Shown here: positions 1 through 12,729 of the stretch, one piece after another
Numbering within the stretch: the first letter of the stretch is position 1
Layout of the letters: each line of letters starts with the position of its first letter
Origin: Mobula hypostoma
Lineage: Eukaryota
Direction: 5' to 3'
Length of the DNA stretch: 64,000 bases
NCBI RefSeq assembly: GCF_963921235.1
Contig: NC_086108.1
Coordinates: forward strand, 86,244,001 to 86,308,000
The notes under the pieces: generated by a model
The model's database searches: none
The model's input: only the letters and a program-made list of their open reading frames with translations
Told to the model about the DNA's origin: nothing
Made by a program: the position numbers and the translations under genes

Positions 1-979
1 GTAGAGCGGCGTCCATTAAAAATAGAGGCGCAGAGAAATTTCTTTAGCCAGTGTGTGGTGAATTTGTGGAATTTATTACCACAGACAGCTGTGGAAGCCA
101 GGTCATTGGGTGTATTTAAGGGAGAGCTTGACAGGTTCTTGATTGGACACATCATCAAAGGTTATGGAGGGAAGGCCAGGGAGTGAGGCTGAGGAGGGAA
201 AGTAAAGATCAGCAATGATTGAATGGTGGAGAGGACTTGATGGTGTCACTTAACTACTCATTTCAGTTAACTTCCCTTTCCCCGTGTTCCACCGGGCTCC
301 TTGATTAGGGCACCTGATCTTCTTCCAAACCGGCAAGATAAAAACCCCGGCTTATAGCTACTCGGTTGTGGTTCATCACCGTAGCCAGGGCAGCAATGAA
401 TATTCCGAGCCGCAAAGGATAAGGGACCGTCTTCATGAGCCTCTCCGTGTCAAGATTCATATTGTCTGTTGTGTTTGTTTTTGTCATCTCGTGTCCAGCT
501 GAGTGTTGCTGGCCGTTTTGCCGCTACTCTGAGCTGAGATGCGAGTGGTCTGTCGTTGTTTTGTTTTGAAGGCTTAGAGTCCCAGTTCAAGTCAAGGCTC
601 CGAGTCCCGGTTCAAGTCAAGGCTTCGTGTCCAGTCAAGTGATTGCTGGCCATTTACTGCTTCATGAGCTTCTCCATGTCAAGATACGTATTGTCTGTTA
701 TTGTTTTGTTTAGTCGTCTCATTTCCAGCTGAGTAGGTCCGGCCGTTTGCTGCTACTCCGAGTTGAGAATTCTGTCTCTTCGTGTCCATTCCAAGTCCAG
801 GCTCTGTGTTCCAGTCAAGTCTAAGTCCAGGCTCTGTGTTCAAGTCAACTCCAAGTCGGTCTCCGTGTCAAGCCTCTGTGCCTGTGTCTTGCACTTGGGT
901 CCGCTTCCTCCGCTTCCTCCGCCGTCCATTGAAACAGATGGGCCAAATGGCCTAATTCTGCTCCTATGTCTTACGGTTT
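1..979 (+). mobile_element. CR1 LINE 3' end, split by a solo LTR at 244-936
   Basis: Same 3' UTR as the CR1 at 2580-2834. Removing 244-941 restores gattgaatgg..gacttgatgggccaaatggcctaattctgctcctatgtctta. Confidence 0.85.
244..936 (+). mobile_element. Solo LTR (Ty3/Gypsy-type), 693 bp
   Basis: TG...CA ends (tgtcact...gaaaca); 5-bp TSD gatgg at 239-243 and 937-941; internal ~110-bp duplication (432-540 vs 661-770); gcacttgggtcc motif near the 3' end. Confidence 0.85.
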
Positions 980-1081
980 AAAAGCAGATGGGATTCAAAG
1001 TTTGTCAAAAAGTATGGAATTTAAAATCTAGAAAGGTTTAAGGAAAGACATAAAGGCCTTAAATAGGATGCAGAATAGATT

Positions 1082-4000
1082 TCAGAATCGGAATCAGGTT
1101 TATTATCACTGACATGTGATGCGAAATTTGTTAACAGCAGCAGCAGTTCAAAGCATTACATAATATAGCAGAGAATAATTAATTAATTAACTAAATGAAA
1201 ATATAAATAAATAAGTAAATTTATTACAGTATATGTATATTGAATAGGTCTTAAAACATGCAAAAAACAGAAATACTGTATGCTTAAAAAAGTGAGGTAG
1301 TGTGCAAGGGTTCAAAGTCCATGTAGCAATCGGATGGCAGAGGGGAAGAAGCTGTTCCTGAATCACTGAGCGTGTGCCTTCAGGCTTCTGTACCTCCTGG
1401 CATACTACCAGATGACTGGAAAATTGCACATGTTACTCTGCTATTTAAGAAGGGCGGGAGGCAGCAGAAAGGAAACTATAGAACTGTTGGCCTGACATCA
1501 CTGGTTGGGAAGTTGTTGGAATCGATTATTAGGGATGAGATGACGGAATACCTGGAGGCACATAACAAGATAGGCCAAAGCCAGCATGGTTTGCTGAAAG
1601 GAAAATCCTGCCTGACTAACCTACTGCAAATTTTTGAGGAAATTACAAGCAGGGTAGACAAAGGAGATGCAGTAGATGTGGTGTACTTGGATTTTCAAAA
1701 GGCCTTTCAAAGGTGCCGCACATGAGGCTGCTTAACAAGATAAGATCCCATGGAATTATAAGGGAGTTACTAGCATTGGTGGCTGATCGGCAGAGAACAG
1801 AGTGGGAATGAAGGGATCCTGTTCTGGCTGGCTGCCGGTTACCAGTGGAGTTCCACAGGGGTCAGTGTTGGGACTGCTGCTTTTTGCGATGTACATCAAT
1901 GATTTGGACTATGGGACTAATGGATTTGTGGCTAAATTTGCCGATGATACAATGATAAGTGGAGGAGCAGGTAGTGTTGAGGAAACAGAAAGCCTGCAGA
2001 GAATCTTAGCTAGTTTAGGAGTATGGGCAAAGAAGTGGTAAATAAAATACAATGTTGGAAAGTGTATGGCCATGCATTTTGGTGGAAGAAATAAACGGGC
2101 AGACTATTATCCATATGAGGAGAGAATTCAAAGTGCAGAGATGCAAAGGGACTTGGGAGTCCTTGTGCAGGATACCCTAAAGGTTAACCTGCAGGTTAAG
2201 TCGGTGATGAAGAAGGCAAATGCAATGTTGCTATTCATTTCTGGAGGTATAGAAGGGATGTGATGTTGAGGCTCTATAAAGCACTTATGAGACCACACTT
2301 AGAGTGCAAGTTTGAGCTCCTTATTATAGAAACGATATACTGTCATGGGAGAGGGTTCAGAGGAGATTCATGAGAAAGATTCCAACAATGAAATGGTTAC
2401 GGTATGAGGAATGTCTGACAGCTCTTGGGTTGTACTCCCTGAAGTTCAGGAGAATTATGGGAGATTTCATAGAAGCATTCCAAATGTTGAAGGGCCTGAC
2501 AGATTAGATACGGCAAAGATATTGCATGGTAGGGGAGTCCAGGACAAGAGGGCACAACTTCAGGATTGAAGGACAGAGATGTGAAGAAATTACTTGAGTC
2601 AGAGGGTGGTAAATCTGTGGAATTTGTTGCCACGAGCGACTGTGGAGGCCAGGTCATTGGGTGTATTTAAGGCAAACATAGAAAGGATTAGCCAGGGCAT
2701 CAAGGGGTATGGGGAGAAGGCAGGAGAGTAGGGAATACTGGAAGAATTGGATCAGCCCATGATTGAATGGCGGAGCAGACTCGATGGGCCAAATGGCCTA
2801 CTTTTGCTCCTATATCTTATGGTCCTATGGTCTTAAAAATGCATGTCCTGGGTGCTGGAGGTCCTTAATAATGGGCGCTACCTTTCTGAGACACCGCTCC
2901 CTGAAGATGTCCTGGGTAGTTTGTAGGCTAGTACCCAGGAAGGAGCTGGCTAGATTAACAACCTTCTGGAGCTTCTTTCGGTCCTGTGCAGTGGTCCCCT
3001 CATACCAGATAGTGAAGCAGCCTGTCAGAATGGTCTCCCTGGTACATCAATAGAAGTTTTTGAGTGTATTTGTTGACATACCAAATCTCTTCAAACTCCT
3101 AATGAAGTATAGTCTCTGTTTTGCCTTTCTTATAACTGCATCGATATGTTGGGACTAGGTTAGATCCTCAGAGGTCTTGGCATCCAGGAACTTGAAACTG
3201 CTCACTCTCTCCACTTCTGATACCCCTATGAGGATTGGTATGTGTTCCTTCATTTTACCCTTCTTGAAGTCCACAATCAGCTCTTTCGTCTTACTGTCAT
3301 TGAGTGCAGGGTTGTTGCTGGGGTACCACTCCACTAGGTGGCATATCTCACTCCTGTACACCCTCTCGTCACCACCTGGGATTCTACCAACAATGGATGT
3401 ATCGTCAGCAAACTTGTAGATGGTATTTGAGCTACGCCTAGACACACAGTCATGTGTATATGGAGAGTAGAGCAGTAGAGGTGCACCAGTGTTGATCGTC
3501 AGCGAGGAGGAGATGGTATCACTAATCCACACAGATTGTGGTCTTCCGATTAGGAAGTCGAGGATCCAATTGCAGAGGGAAGTACAGAGGTCCAGGTTCT
3601 GCAACTTCTCAATCAGGATTGTGGGAATGATGGTATTAAATGCTGAGCTATAGTCGATGAACAGCATCCTGACATATGTGTTTGTGTTGTCCGGGTGATC
3701 TAAAGCCGTGTGGAGACCCATTGAGTTTGCTTCTGCTGTTGACCTATTGTGGCGACAGGCAAACTGCAATGGGTCCAGGTCCTTGCTGAGGCAGGAGTTC
3801 AGTCTAGTCATGACCAACCTCTCAAAGCATTTCATCACTGTAGGTGTGCATGCTACTGGGCGATAGTCATTAAGGCAGCTCACATTATTCTTCTTAGGCA
3901 CTGGTATAATTGTTGACTTTTTGAGACAAGTGGGAAATTCCGCCTGTAGCAGTGAAAGATTGAAAATGTCCTGGATTCTCCTGCTAGTTGGTTGGCACAG

Positions 4001-4362
4001 GTTTTCAGAGCCTTACCAGGTACTCCATCAGGACCTTCTGCCTTGCGAGGGTTCACTCTCTTTAAAGACAGCCTAACATTGGCCTCTGAGACGGCGATCA
4101 CAGGATCATCAGGGGCAGCAGGGTTCTTCCCAGCTGTAGTTGTGTTCTCCCTTTCAAAGCGTGCATAGAAGGTTTTTGAGTTCATCTGGTAATGAAACAT
4201 CGCTGCCATTCATACTATTGGGTTTCGCTTTGCAGGAAGTAATGTCTTGCAAACCCTGCCAGAGTTGCCTTGCATCTAATGTCACCTCCAATCTCATTCG
4301 AAATTATCTCTTTGCCCTTGAAATAGCCCTCCGCAAATCATGCCTGGTTTTCTGGTATACTG
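1082..4362 (-). mobile_element. Rex1/Babar-clade LINE, 5'-truncated and decayed, split by a CR1
   Basis: RT ORF 3155-3901 ([32 protein letters not shown]); upstream fragment 3880-4209 (RKAEGPDGVPG); (tctgat)n-like tail at 1082-1097. Confidence 0.88.
1399..2834 (+). mobile_element. CR1 LINE, 5'-truncated RT region and 3' UTR
   Basis: Frameshifted RT fragments (PDDWKIAHV..FKKG, SQHG..GKSCLTNL, YLDFQKAF, SGVPQGSVLG, KFADD); tail tcttatggtcctatggtctt. Confidence 0.92.
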
Positions 4363-4384
4363 GGTTTTCTAAAATTAATCCAAG

Positions 4385-4750
4385 CATGAAAGAATTTAGA
4401 TAGATGGATAGACTGGGGAAGCTGGTGTTCTCCTTGGAATAATGAGCAAATCCAGTAGAGGTAATTAGAATAAGGAAGCTTATACACAGATTATCCTTCC
4501 AATTGGCAGAAAGGTCAAGAATTGAGGTTCACAGAAATGTCATGAGGATTATTTTTTAATGTGGTGAGTTGTTAAAGACTAGAATGAACTGCCAGGAGCG
4601 ATGGAGGAAAGACATTTAATTGTAGTATTCAGAAGGGATGAATGTGTCAAAGAATTGAAGCAGCTATGGGTAGTGTGAAGGAATAGGACCAGCTGGGTGT
4701 TTCTAATGCACTCAGCAGTCTGAATACTCTCCTTCCACACAGCGAATATT
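4385..4750 (+). mobile_element. Highly decayed CR1 3' fragment
   Basis: Residual similarity to the CR1 ORF2 end and 3' UTR (gactggggaagctgg..tccttgga; tagaatgaactgcc). Confidence 0.5.
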
Positions 4751-5819
4751 CTGTACCTTGTGAAAATATCTTGAAACAGCCTCTAAATCCTGCTTGTATC
4801 TAGTTTACTCTGTATACACAGCTGACAGGTTTTTCCAAGGATGTCTTTGTCAGAGAGGGAATTTCCTGAGACTCTGAAAGAGAAACTGCTCACTCTCTGC
4901 TCTTGCTTGGTGAGGTGACCCAGATTTCATGGCTATAATGGAAGGAACAGAGGACAAATGCCCATTAGCCTGGTCACGTCTCAGGCTTCAGGCGCTGTTT
5001 GTCAAAGGTGACAGAAACCAATGCTAAATGAGCTGAATAGAATTAAGTGAAAAAAATAAGAGTCAACTGCCACTGCTTCATGATTGAGATAGATACTTAA
5101 TGAATTTCTGATGCTCTTCAACTGGTATCCCTTTTCCTGATAGTCATTGCCATGGTTCTGTGAATTGTTCACTATGAGCGGCAGTTCATTAGGTGAGTAA
5201 GAAATGAATAGAGCATTGCCTGTGAACAAGCCTTTGATGTTGAATTCATTTAATGCTGAGAAAGCTGCAATTCATACACGAGACTGGTAATTTCAAGATG
5301 CCAAACCTGTCAAGCACTAGGACACCGCCTCCCTTCATGCCAGAGTCAACAATGTACTCAGATAATAATTTGCTCTCATTCTGAGCAGCATGTATTCCTT
5401 TCTGTATGAAACTCAATGAATAGGGAGAGCATCTTTGCTGGGAAAGCAGGTTTAATAGGATTTTGTGAATGCCATTTCTAATAAATGTGTTAATGGTCTT
5501 TTTCTGGTCATAGGAGGGTGCCTATTGCTTATAGAATCTGCTGCCTGATTTTACAAGAGGAATGTCTTAATGAAATTACCTCTGCACTCCTGGAAGAATA
5601 TTCCTACACCATTTGCAGTTTGTGAATTAAAAGTAAGAAAAACATGTGAGGGAGGTGGAATGTGAGGAAGAAGACTGGCCATACCATCATCTTCAACTGT
5701 CAGCTGCAAATCCCATTCTAATTAGGAGAGAGGGCTCTCCTCAGGGGATACGGTATGGCTGCTCTGCTGTCCCTCAATGGGTTATTGCTGCTGATGCTGG
5801 TTTTCTGTCACCTTGGAAG

Positions 5820-6055
5820 AACCTGGAGCTAGAGGTCACTGTTTAAAAATCAAGTGTCCTAATTTGTCTTTGGATGCCTCTTCCTCAAAGGGTAGTGTAA
5901 GCATCTTTTGGGCCAGAGATAGTTAGATACTTAATCTGCAAAGGGGTGAAAATTTTCTGTGAATAGAAGAGAATGAAGAGTTGAGCTGATGATTGGAATA
6001 GCCACAGTACTATTGACTGGCCAAGTGTCTAAAGGGCTGAAAGTTCTGCTCCCTA
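5820..6055 (+). mobile_element. Highly decayed CR1 3' UTR
   Basis: ctagaggtcactgtttaaaaat..agttagatacttaat..aaagggctga..ctgctccta matches the layout of the other CR1 tails. Confidence 0.5.
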
Positions 6056-6143
6056 CACTAAGCACTTGTTTGTTTTTATACCAGGGAAAACAGAAGTGAG
6101 TGTTGCACAATGTAGTTAGGTGAGATATTTTTCTCAAGATATA

Positions 6144-6690
6144 CACTCAGTGGCCTTTTTACTAGGGACCTCCTGTATCTAATAAAGTGGCCACAGAGTG
6201 TATACTCATGGTCTTCTGCTGCTGTAGCCAATCCACTTCAAGATTCGACACGTTGTGCATTCAGAGACGCTCTTCTACACACCACTGCTGAGTTACTGTC
6301 ACCTTCCTGCCAGCTTGAACCATTCTGTCCATTCTCCTCTGACCTCCCTTATTTACAAGGGCCTTTTCACCCACAGAACTGTTGCTCACTCAAGGAATTT
6401 TGTTTTTTTTTCCATAATTCTCTGTGAACTCTAGAGATTGTTGTGTGTGAAAATACCAGGAGTTTCTGAAATACTTAACCACCCCATCTGGCAACAACAA
6501 TCATGACACGGTCAAAGTTACTTCGGTCACATTTCTTCCCCATTCTGATGTTTGGTCTAAACAACTCTGAACCACTTGACCATGTCTACGTTCCTTTATG
6601 AATTGAGTTGCTGCTGCATAATTGGCTGATTAGATATTTGCATTAATGAGCAGGTGTACAGGTGTACGCAATATGAGACCACTGAGGATA
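6144..6690. mobile_element. Non-autonomous Tc1/mariner-type element (MITE-like)
   Basis: TA + cactcagtggcc at the left end; decayed inverted copy ggtgtacgcaatatgagaccactgag..ta at the right end; extra inverted TIR copy at 6181-6202; no transposase ORF. Confidence 0.75.
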
Positions 6691-7122
6691 TATCACTAAA
6701 TCAGGCCATTTGATCCAAAATGTCAATGCCTTCAGAAGATTACCATCAAATAGGAAGTTTAATATCCCAAGGCATCTTCCAAAGTTCTCAGTGTGAATAG
6801 TAGCAGTTGTGCTTAAGAATCCTAATTTAAAACTCGTGATAAAAGATGAGCTTTGAGAAGATTTTAGGAAGATATAGCTGTCATTCTGGACCAGTGGAGA
6901 GTGTGTATAAACTGTGAGCTGTGCTTGTGGGAGGGTTGGATGAAGAGTTAGTGTGTGAGAGTGGGATGGAGCCTTTGAACATTGAGCCCAGTCCTGACTT
7001 ATTACAATTATTGGCGGGTGAACGTGATCTATATTTGCAATTGAGGCCAGTGTCTCTATTGGAAGGTGATTGGATTTAAATAAATATGTTCACTGACGCA
7101 GACCAGACTGCTGACGTAATGG

Positions 7123-7610
7123 AGCAACACACACAAAATGCTGGAGGAACTCGACATGTAACGCAGCATTTGTGGAAAGAAGTGAACAGTCAACATTTCA
7201 TCAGGCCCTGAAAGGAAGCGAGCCAAAGTGAGAACAAAAGAATAGAGATAGGGGAATGGTGCAAGAGCTGGCAGGTGATAGATGCATCCAGATGAGGGAA
7301 GAAGAAAGGGGGGTGGTGGGGGGTGGGGGGAGGGAATGATGTAAAGTGGAAGGGGCAAGAGGCTGAAGAAGGAATATGATAGGAAAGGGCTCTAGACCAT
7401 GGAATAAAGGAAAGTAGGTGAGAACCAGAGAGAGGAAGAGGAAAGTTATGCATAGGTCATGAAGATGGGAGAAGAGAAGAAAATGAGGTAATGAGGCCAT
7501 GAAGATAAGGGAAATCAAAGAAACTGGAGTAACAAAGAGGAGAGGTTACCAGGGCATAGAAAAAGCATGTTGATGCCATCCTGTTGGAGACTGTAGGGTA
7601 ATGAAATTGC
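7123..7610 (-). mobile_element. Penelope-like element 3' fragment with a collapsed hammerhead motif
   Basis: Shares the acacacaaaatgctggaggaactc terminus and purine-rich UTR with 9256-10335. Minus strand reads cctgatgaaatgttgactg (stem II deleted). Confidence 0.78.
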
Positions 7611-7809
7611 TGGAAACACACAGTACATATTCACAGCCACTGAAATTAAGTTGGGGATCACTTTAAGAGGCTGGTCTGACGTGATTACATGATTATGGAA
7701 AGCACATTTACCATGTTTAGTGTTCAATGTTTGGAGTACAATAAATGAGCTGTTACAGTTTTTCTTAAATATAAAATGCATCCTCCATTTTTATTTGTGA
7801 AAACCTCCA

Positions 7810-9254
7810 TTGGTGACTCTAATGCTCTAGGATAATTCCAGAGTTACTGAACACGTTGGCCAATGCAGATGCTTTGAAACTGGCGGAGTTTTGGAAGCAA
7901 AATGCTATCATTCCGTTTGTATAAGCTGAGGCCAAGTTCACAAGAAATTTACCAGAGGACACCAAATATTTCTGTGTGGTAGCTTTGCTCAACACTCCGT
8001 GGTTGCAAGAGTGGAGAGTCTACTAGAACACCCACCTGAACACAATAAATACAAATCACTGAAAACTCACCTTTTACGGACTTTTAGACTATCGGTTGTG
8101 AGCGTGCCAAACAGTTGTTCTCCTTGCCTAGCCTCAGTGATGTTAAGCCACCGGAGTTAAAGGACCACATGCTGTCTCTCTTGGGGAGTCGCCATCCTTG
8201 TTTTATTTTTAAAGAAGTCTTCATGCAGCAAATGCCTGATCAATTTCATATAGCCTTTACTAATGCCCCGTGATGGACTTTCGGGAGTCTAAAATGGCTG
8301 CTAGTTCACACTCCGCTAGGCAACAATGCATCATTCCTCTTCCTTTCCCAATCTCAATAACCCCAGTCAGCAAGGCCACCAACATAAAGACACTCATAGC
8401 TGTGAAACTGACTTTGCCAGCTCTTAGTTTTTACCACACTTGCTAGTAAGTGGCGACTACCTTGCAGCTTTGACAGTACCAGCGCATCAGGACATCAGAG
8501 GTCTGTGAATACCATGGATTCCAGCTGCTAAACTTGTCTACTGATCAATTGTGACAACGTTTCAGGGTGATGTTTCCTGTGTGACATGGGAGCTCAAGTG
8601 AGTGTGCTGCCAGCATCACCTATCGATGAGGAGGCAAAGAGCAACAAAACCTCACTGGAGGCCACCAACAGCAGTAGGATCCAGACGTACGGGACATGAC
8701 AGGTGACACTGTGCTTCAGTGGGCGATGCTACACATGGGACTTCATCCTGGCTAAAGCGGCTAGACCTCTACTCAGTGCAGATTTCCTGTGCGCCCCAGG
8801 ACTGTTAGTCGATCTGAAGAACTGCTGGCTTGTGGATGTCAAGGACTTTGTGTCGTTACCCTGCTCCCCCAGTAAGTTCCCCACAATGACTCTGTCAAGC
8901 GCATATACCACTACATGTGAGTTTTTTCGAATGCTGGGTGAATTCCCAAACCTCACCAAGCCCATGTTCTTCACTACAGTCACAAAACATGGGGGTCAAG
9001 CACCACATTCCCACAACTGACCAATGAGTATATGCCCATGCACGTAGACTGGACTCAGAAAAGCTGGCAACCGTGAAGGTTGAGCTTGCTAACACTGAAA
9101 GACATTGTATGCTGTTTGAATAGCCCCTGGGTTTCACCACTCCATGTGGTCCCTAAGCCCGATGGTGGCTGCCGTCCACTTGGTGATTTCTGAAGCCTTA
9201 ATTAGGCCACCGTGCCCAATCGTTACCTGGTCCCACACATCCAAGACTTTTCAT
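7810..9254 (+). mobile_element. Ty3/Gypsy (CsRn1-like) internal fragment: decayed gag-protease-RT start
   Basis: Gag-like LKLAEFW..AEAKF at ~7872; protease FLCDMGAQVSVLP at ~8573; RT SPWVSPLHVVPKPDGGCRPLGDF..LN..TVPNRYLVPHIQDF at 9122-9252; PBS-like tggtgactc at ~7811. Truncated by a PLE. Confidence 0.8.
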
Positions 9255-9255
9255 A

Positions 9256-10335
9256 AACAAGAGACAACCTGCAGATGCTGAAAATCCAAATAATACACAC
9301 AAAATGCTGGAGGAACTCAGCAGGCCAGGCAACATCTATGGAAAAAGTTGACATTTCAGGCTGAGACCGTTCAGCAGGACTGTAAAAAGAATGATGAGGA
9401 GTAGATTTAGAAGGTGGAGGGAGGGGAGAGAGAAACACAAGGTAATAAGTGAAACTTGGAGGGAGGGATGAAGTAAAGAGCTGAGAAATTGATATGTGAA
9501 AAAGATATAGGTTAGAGCAGGGAGAGTCCGATAGAAGAGGACAGAAGGGGAGAGGAGCACCAGAGGGAGGAGACAGGTGGACAAGGAGATAAGTTGGGAG
9601 AGGGAAAAGGGGATGGAGAATGGTGAGGTGGGGGAGGGCATTACTGGAAGTTCATGAAATTGATGTTCATGCCATCAGTTTGGAGGCTACCCAGACAAAA
9701 TATAAGGTGTCATGCCTCCAACCTGAGTGTGGCCTCATCACAACAGTAGAAGAGGCCATGGAGTGACATATCAGAATGGTAATGGGTTGTGGAATTAAAA
9801 TGGGTGGCACTAGGAGATCCAGTATATGACCCCAACATACTTACAGGTGAAGTGTCACCTCACCTGAAAGGACTGTATGGGACCCTGAATGGTAGTGAGG
9901 GAGGAGGTGTAGAGGCAGGTGTAGCACTTGTTCCGCTTGCAAGTATAAATGCCACAAAGGAGATCAGTGGAGAGGGACAAATGGACAAGGGAGTCGAGTA
10001 GGAAGAGATCCCTGTAGAAAGCAGAAAGTAGGGGGGGGAGGGAAAGATGTGCTCGGTGGTGGGATCCCGTTGGAGATGGTGAAGGTTATGGAGAATTACG
10101 TGCTGGATGCAGAAGCTGGTAGGGTGGTAGTTGAGGACAAGAGGTACCCTATACCTGGTATGGTGACAGGAGGATAGGATAAGAGCAGATGTGTGTGAAA
10201 TGGAAGAGATGCGGTTTAGGGCAGAGTCAAAGGTGGAGGAAGGGAAGCCCCTTTCTTTGAAAAAGGAGGACATCTCCTTTTGTTCTAGAAAGAAGAGCCT
10301 CATCCTGAGAGCAGTTGTGATGGAGACAGAGGAAT
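9256..10335 (-). mobile_element. Penelope-like element, 3' ~1.1 kb (linker, GIY-YIG remnant, UTR, hammerhead)
   Basis: ORF 9860-10303 (FFKERGFPSS..ALNRIS..RVPLVLNYHP..HLQRDPTT..IFP); 9660-9790 matches the endonuclease C-terminus at 41029-41259. Confidence 0.88.
9345..9382 (-). ncRNA. Minimal hammerhead ribozyme motif, variant core CUGCUGA
   Basis: Minus strand: cagtc CTGCTGA a cgg tctcag cct GAAA tg TC aactt. A6>C and weakened stems. Confidence 0.55.
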
Positions 10336-10977
10336 TTGTGTTTTAAGAAGGGACAGGGTGGGAAAAGGCCTCCGTGTTATTTCTGTGATCTGTTTCTTAG
10401 ACAAGGTAAACACAAAAGGTGATGTAGTTTGAGAGTGGGAGGCTAATATAAGTAAGAGATCAGAGATGACATCTATCACCAATGCAAGAGATGTAGCTGG
10501 ATTACAGGAAATGGCAGTCAGCAGAGGAAGTTATATTAGTGTGAGGAACTTCTCAAGAGAGGAACAGGGGGTAGTGAACCCAAGGTGGAGAAGCTGTATG
10601 AATGAGATGAAGTTTTAAATCATGGTTTCATGTGCATGCTAAGAATTCAACTCTGCTTCACTGGACACACAAAGGCTCTTCCTTTGCTGTTCCATAAACA
10701 TTATGAACACAACTTTATTAATCTGTTACCTTTGCATCAAATAGATGAAAAAATTGGAGTCAAACAGTTTGAATCAACTTTTGTAGCCTTAAAGGGATAA
10801 TGTTATCTACTGAATTCATATCAATGCTGGATTACTCTGTGAGAGTGCAGTAGTTGAAAACTGTATTGGTCTTGACTGAACAGCACTCTCCTGATATGCT
10901 TCACATTTAGCTCTTAGATATTTGGTCATCACTTGCCTGCACTGGAATGGATTGGTTTAGGCACCTTGATTGATAGA

Positions 10978-11676
10978 TGTAGCCTCCCCTGGCCACCCTC
11001 AGGGTCGCTCGGCTCGCTGTCGTCTAGGGAAACCACCTCGGCCCCGAAAAACTGGGTAATTCGTTTGTGTGGATGCTGTGTGAGGTACCCCACCCCGCCC
11101 AAATAACAGACAATACACCAGATGCAATTAAAGGATATACAGTTTATAGATATTACTGGAACTATATAATTAAAAGAGAATAAAATATAAAAGGAAAATA
11201 AAAGGCGCCACACTTATCAAAGTTCAATCTCTTCGTGCACAAAAACCGTTGGAGCTCAAGGACCTTCTTCTTCACCCTGCGACCCCCTCGGACCACCTCG
11301 ACCGGCTGCCTGGGACCAACAACGGTGGTCGACCAGACGCTCCACACGAGTCTGTCTCCGTCTCCTCGCTGAACGTCCCGCTCGGGGTCCGACCCCGTTA
11401 GCGGACTCACAGCACCTCGTCCATCCTCTATCTCGCTCTCCCGCCTTCTGCCCCAAAACCCCACGCATACAGTATCTTCAAATACACCAAAACCATACAC
11501 AACTATCCCAATTGGTTAATAGCACTTACTTATCACACTCTAAAGCAAAAAAACAAGCTGCTAGAGCAAACTTTCTCAGCATTTAACACAACAAAGCCGC
11601 ATTCCCCAGATTAACATAACAAAGACGCCATTTTAATTAGCCTCCGCCGTAACATAAAAGTCGAAACCCCCTCACA
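10978..11676 (-). mobile_element. Solo LTR, 699 bp, CpG-rich (probably young)
   Basis: tgtagcc...cctcaca ends; 4-bp TSD taga at 10974-10977 and 11677-11680. Orientation inferred. Confidence 0.85.
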
Positions 11677-11959
11677 TAGAGAAGCATCATAATGAAAAGA
11701 AAATTAAGATTTAGAGAAAACCTTTTATAATTCCTCAGTCACAAACTTTACCATTCTGGCAGATGGAGCCACATTTTTATTTTGTGCACAATTTTTCTGG
11801 TTTAATCTATGATGACAATTTTTGCAAAATGAAGCTTTTTGACTTTCATACCTATCAGTTCATGAGGGTCAGGTCAATTCCCAGGGCTTTTCCTCTACCT
11901 CAGGCTAAAGAACGGCATGCCTTTCTTTGTAATTGTCTTGGGATTTCTCAAAATGTTTT

Positions 11960-12310
11960 GCAACCAGTGGATAATTTTTGAAGGACAGTCTCTGTTATTA
12001 AAACTATGCAGCCAATGAGTACACAAGGTCTCAGAAGCCCAATGAATGAGGAGATGTTTTTGCAAGAGTGTGCCAAAGAAGGACTGGTTTTCTAGGATCC
12101 CTAGAGGAGGCAGTACTGCTCAGGTGAAAGTCATAGATTCTCTCATATATGGCTGAGCAGGAGAACTTGATTTTAGACTTTTCCTGAAAATCAACCATGC
12201 TAATCTCATGTTATTAAGTCAGGTGTATAATTCTATCTAAGAATGTCTTCTCATTCCTCTGAGGGAGCTCAGTGTTGTTTCCCAGAGAATGGTGGGAACT
12301 TGAATAGAGA
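11960..12310 (-). mobile_element. Ancient DeuSINE (SacSINE1-like) remnant
   Basis: Weak similarity to the Deu-domain and tail pattern (tttttgaag..gcagccaat..acacaaggtctca); collinear with 60950-61276. Confidence 0.4.
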
Positions 12311-12435
12311 GGAGGGAAGGCGTCAACTCTTCAACATTATTTTTCAGCTAAAGTGTTTTTATTTCAGACTTGTAACCTTCACACTATTTGAGCTATAAGA
12401 ACAAAAACACAAGTCTTTGGAAAGATATTTTCCCT

Positions 12436-12729
12436 TTTATTTAATTAAAGATACAAAGTGGAACGCCCTGCCGGCCCAATGAGCTGAACCACCCAGCAAC
12501 CCACCTATTTAATTTAAGCCTAATCACTGGACATCTTACAGTGACCAATTAACCTACTAACTGGTAGGTATTTGGACTGTGGGAGGAAACAGGACCACAC
12601 AGAGGAAACCCACATGGTTCACAGGAAGAACGTACAAACTCCTTACAGATAGTGTCAGAATTGAACTCTGAACTCCAGAATGCCCTGAGCTGTAATAACA
12701 TGCCGACGGCTATATTACCATGGCAACCC
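12436..12729 (-). mobile_element. tRNA-derived V-SINE (HE1-like)
   Basis: Minus strand: A-box-like head, B box gagttcaattc, V-domain ggagtttgtacgttc..gtgggtttcctc..tttcctcccacagtccaaa, A-rich tail. Confidence 0.85.

Noticed and set aside
12640..12729. tRNA gene
   Set aside because: The A/B-box-like region is the head of a V-SINE and does not form a cloverleaf.
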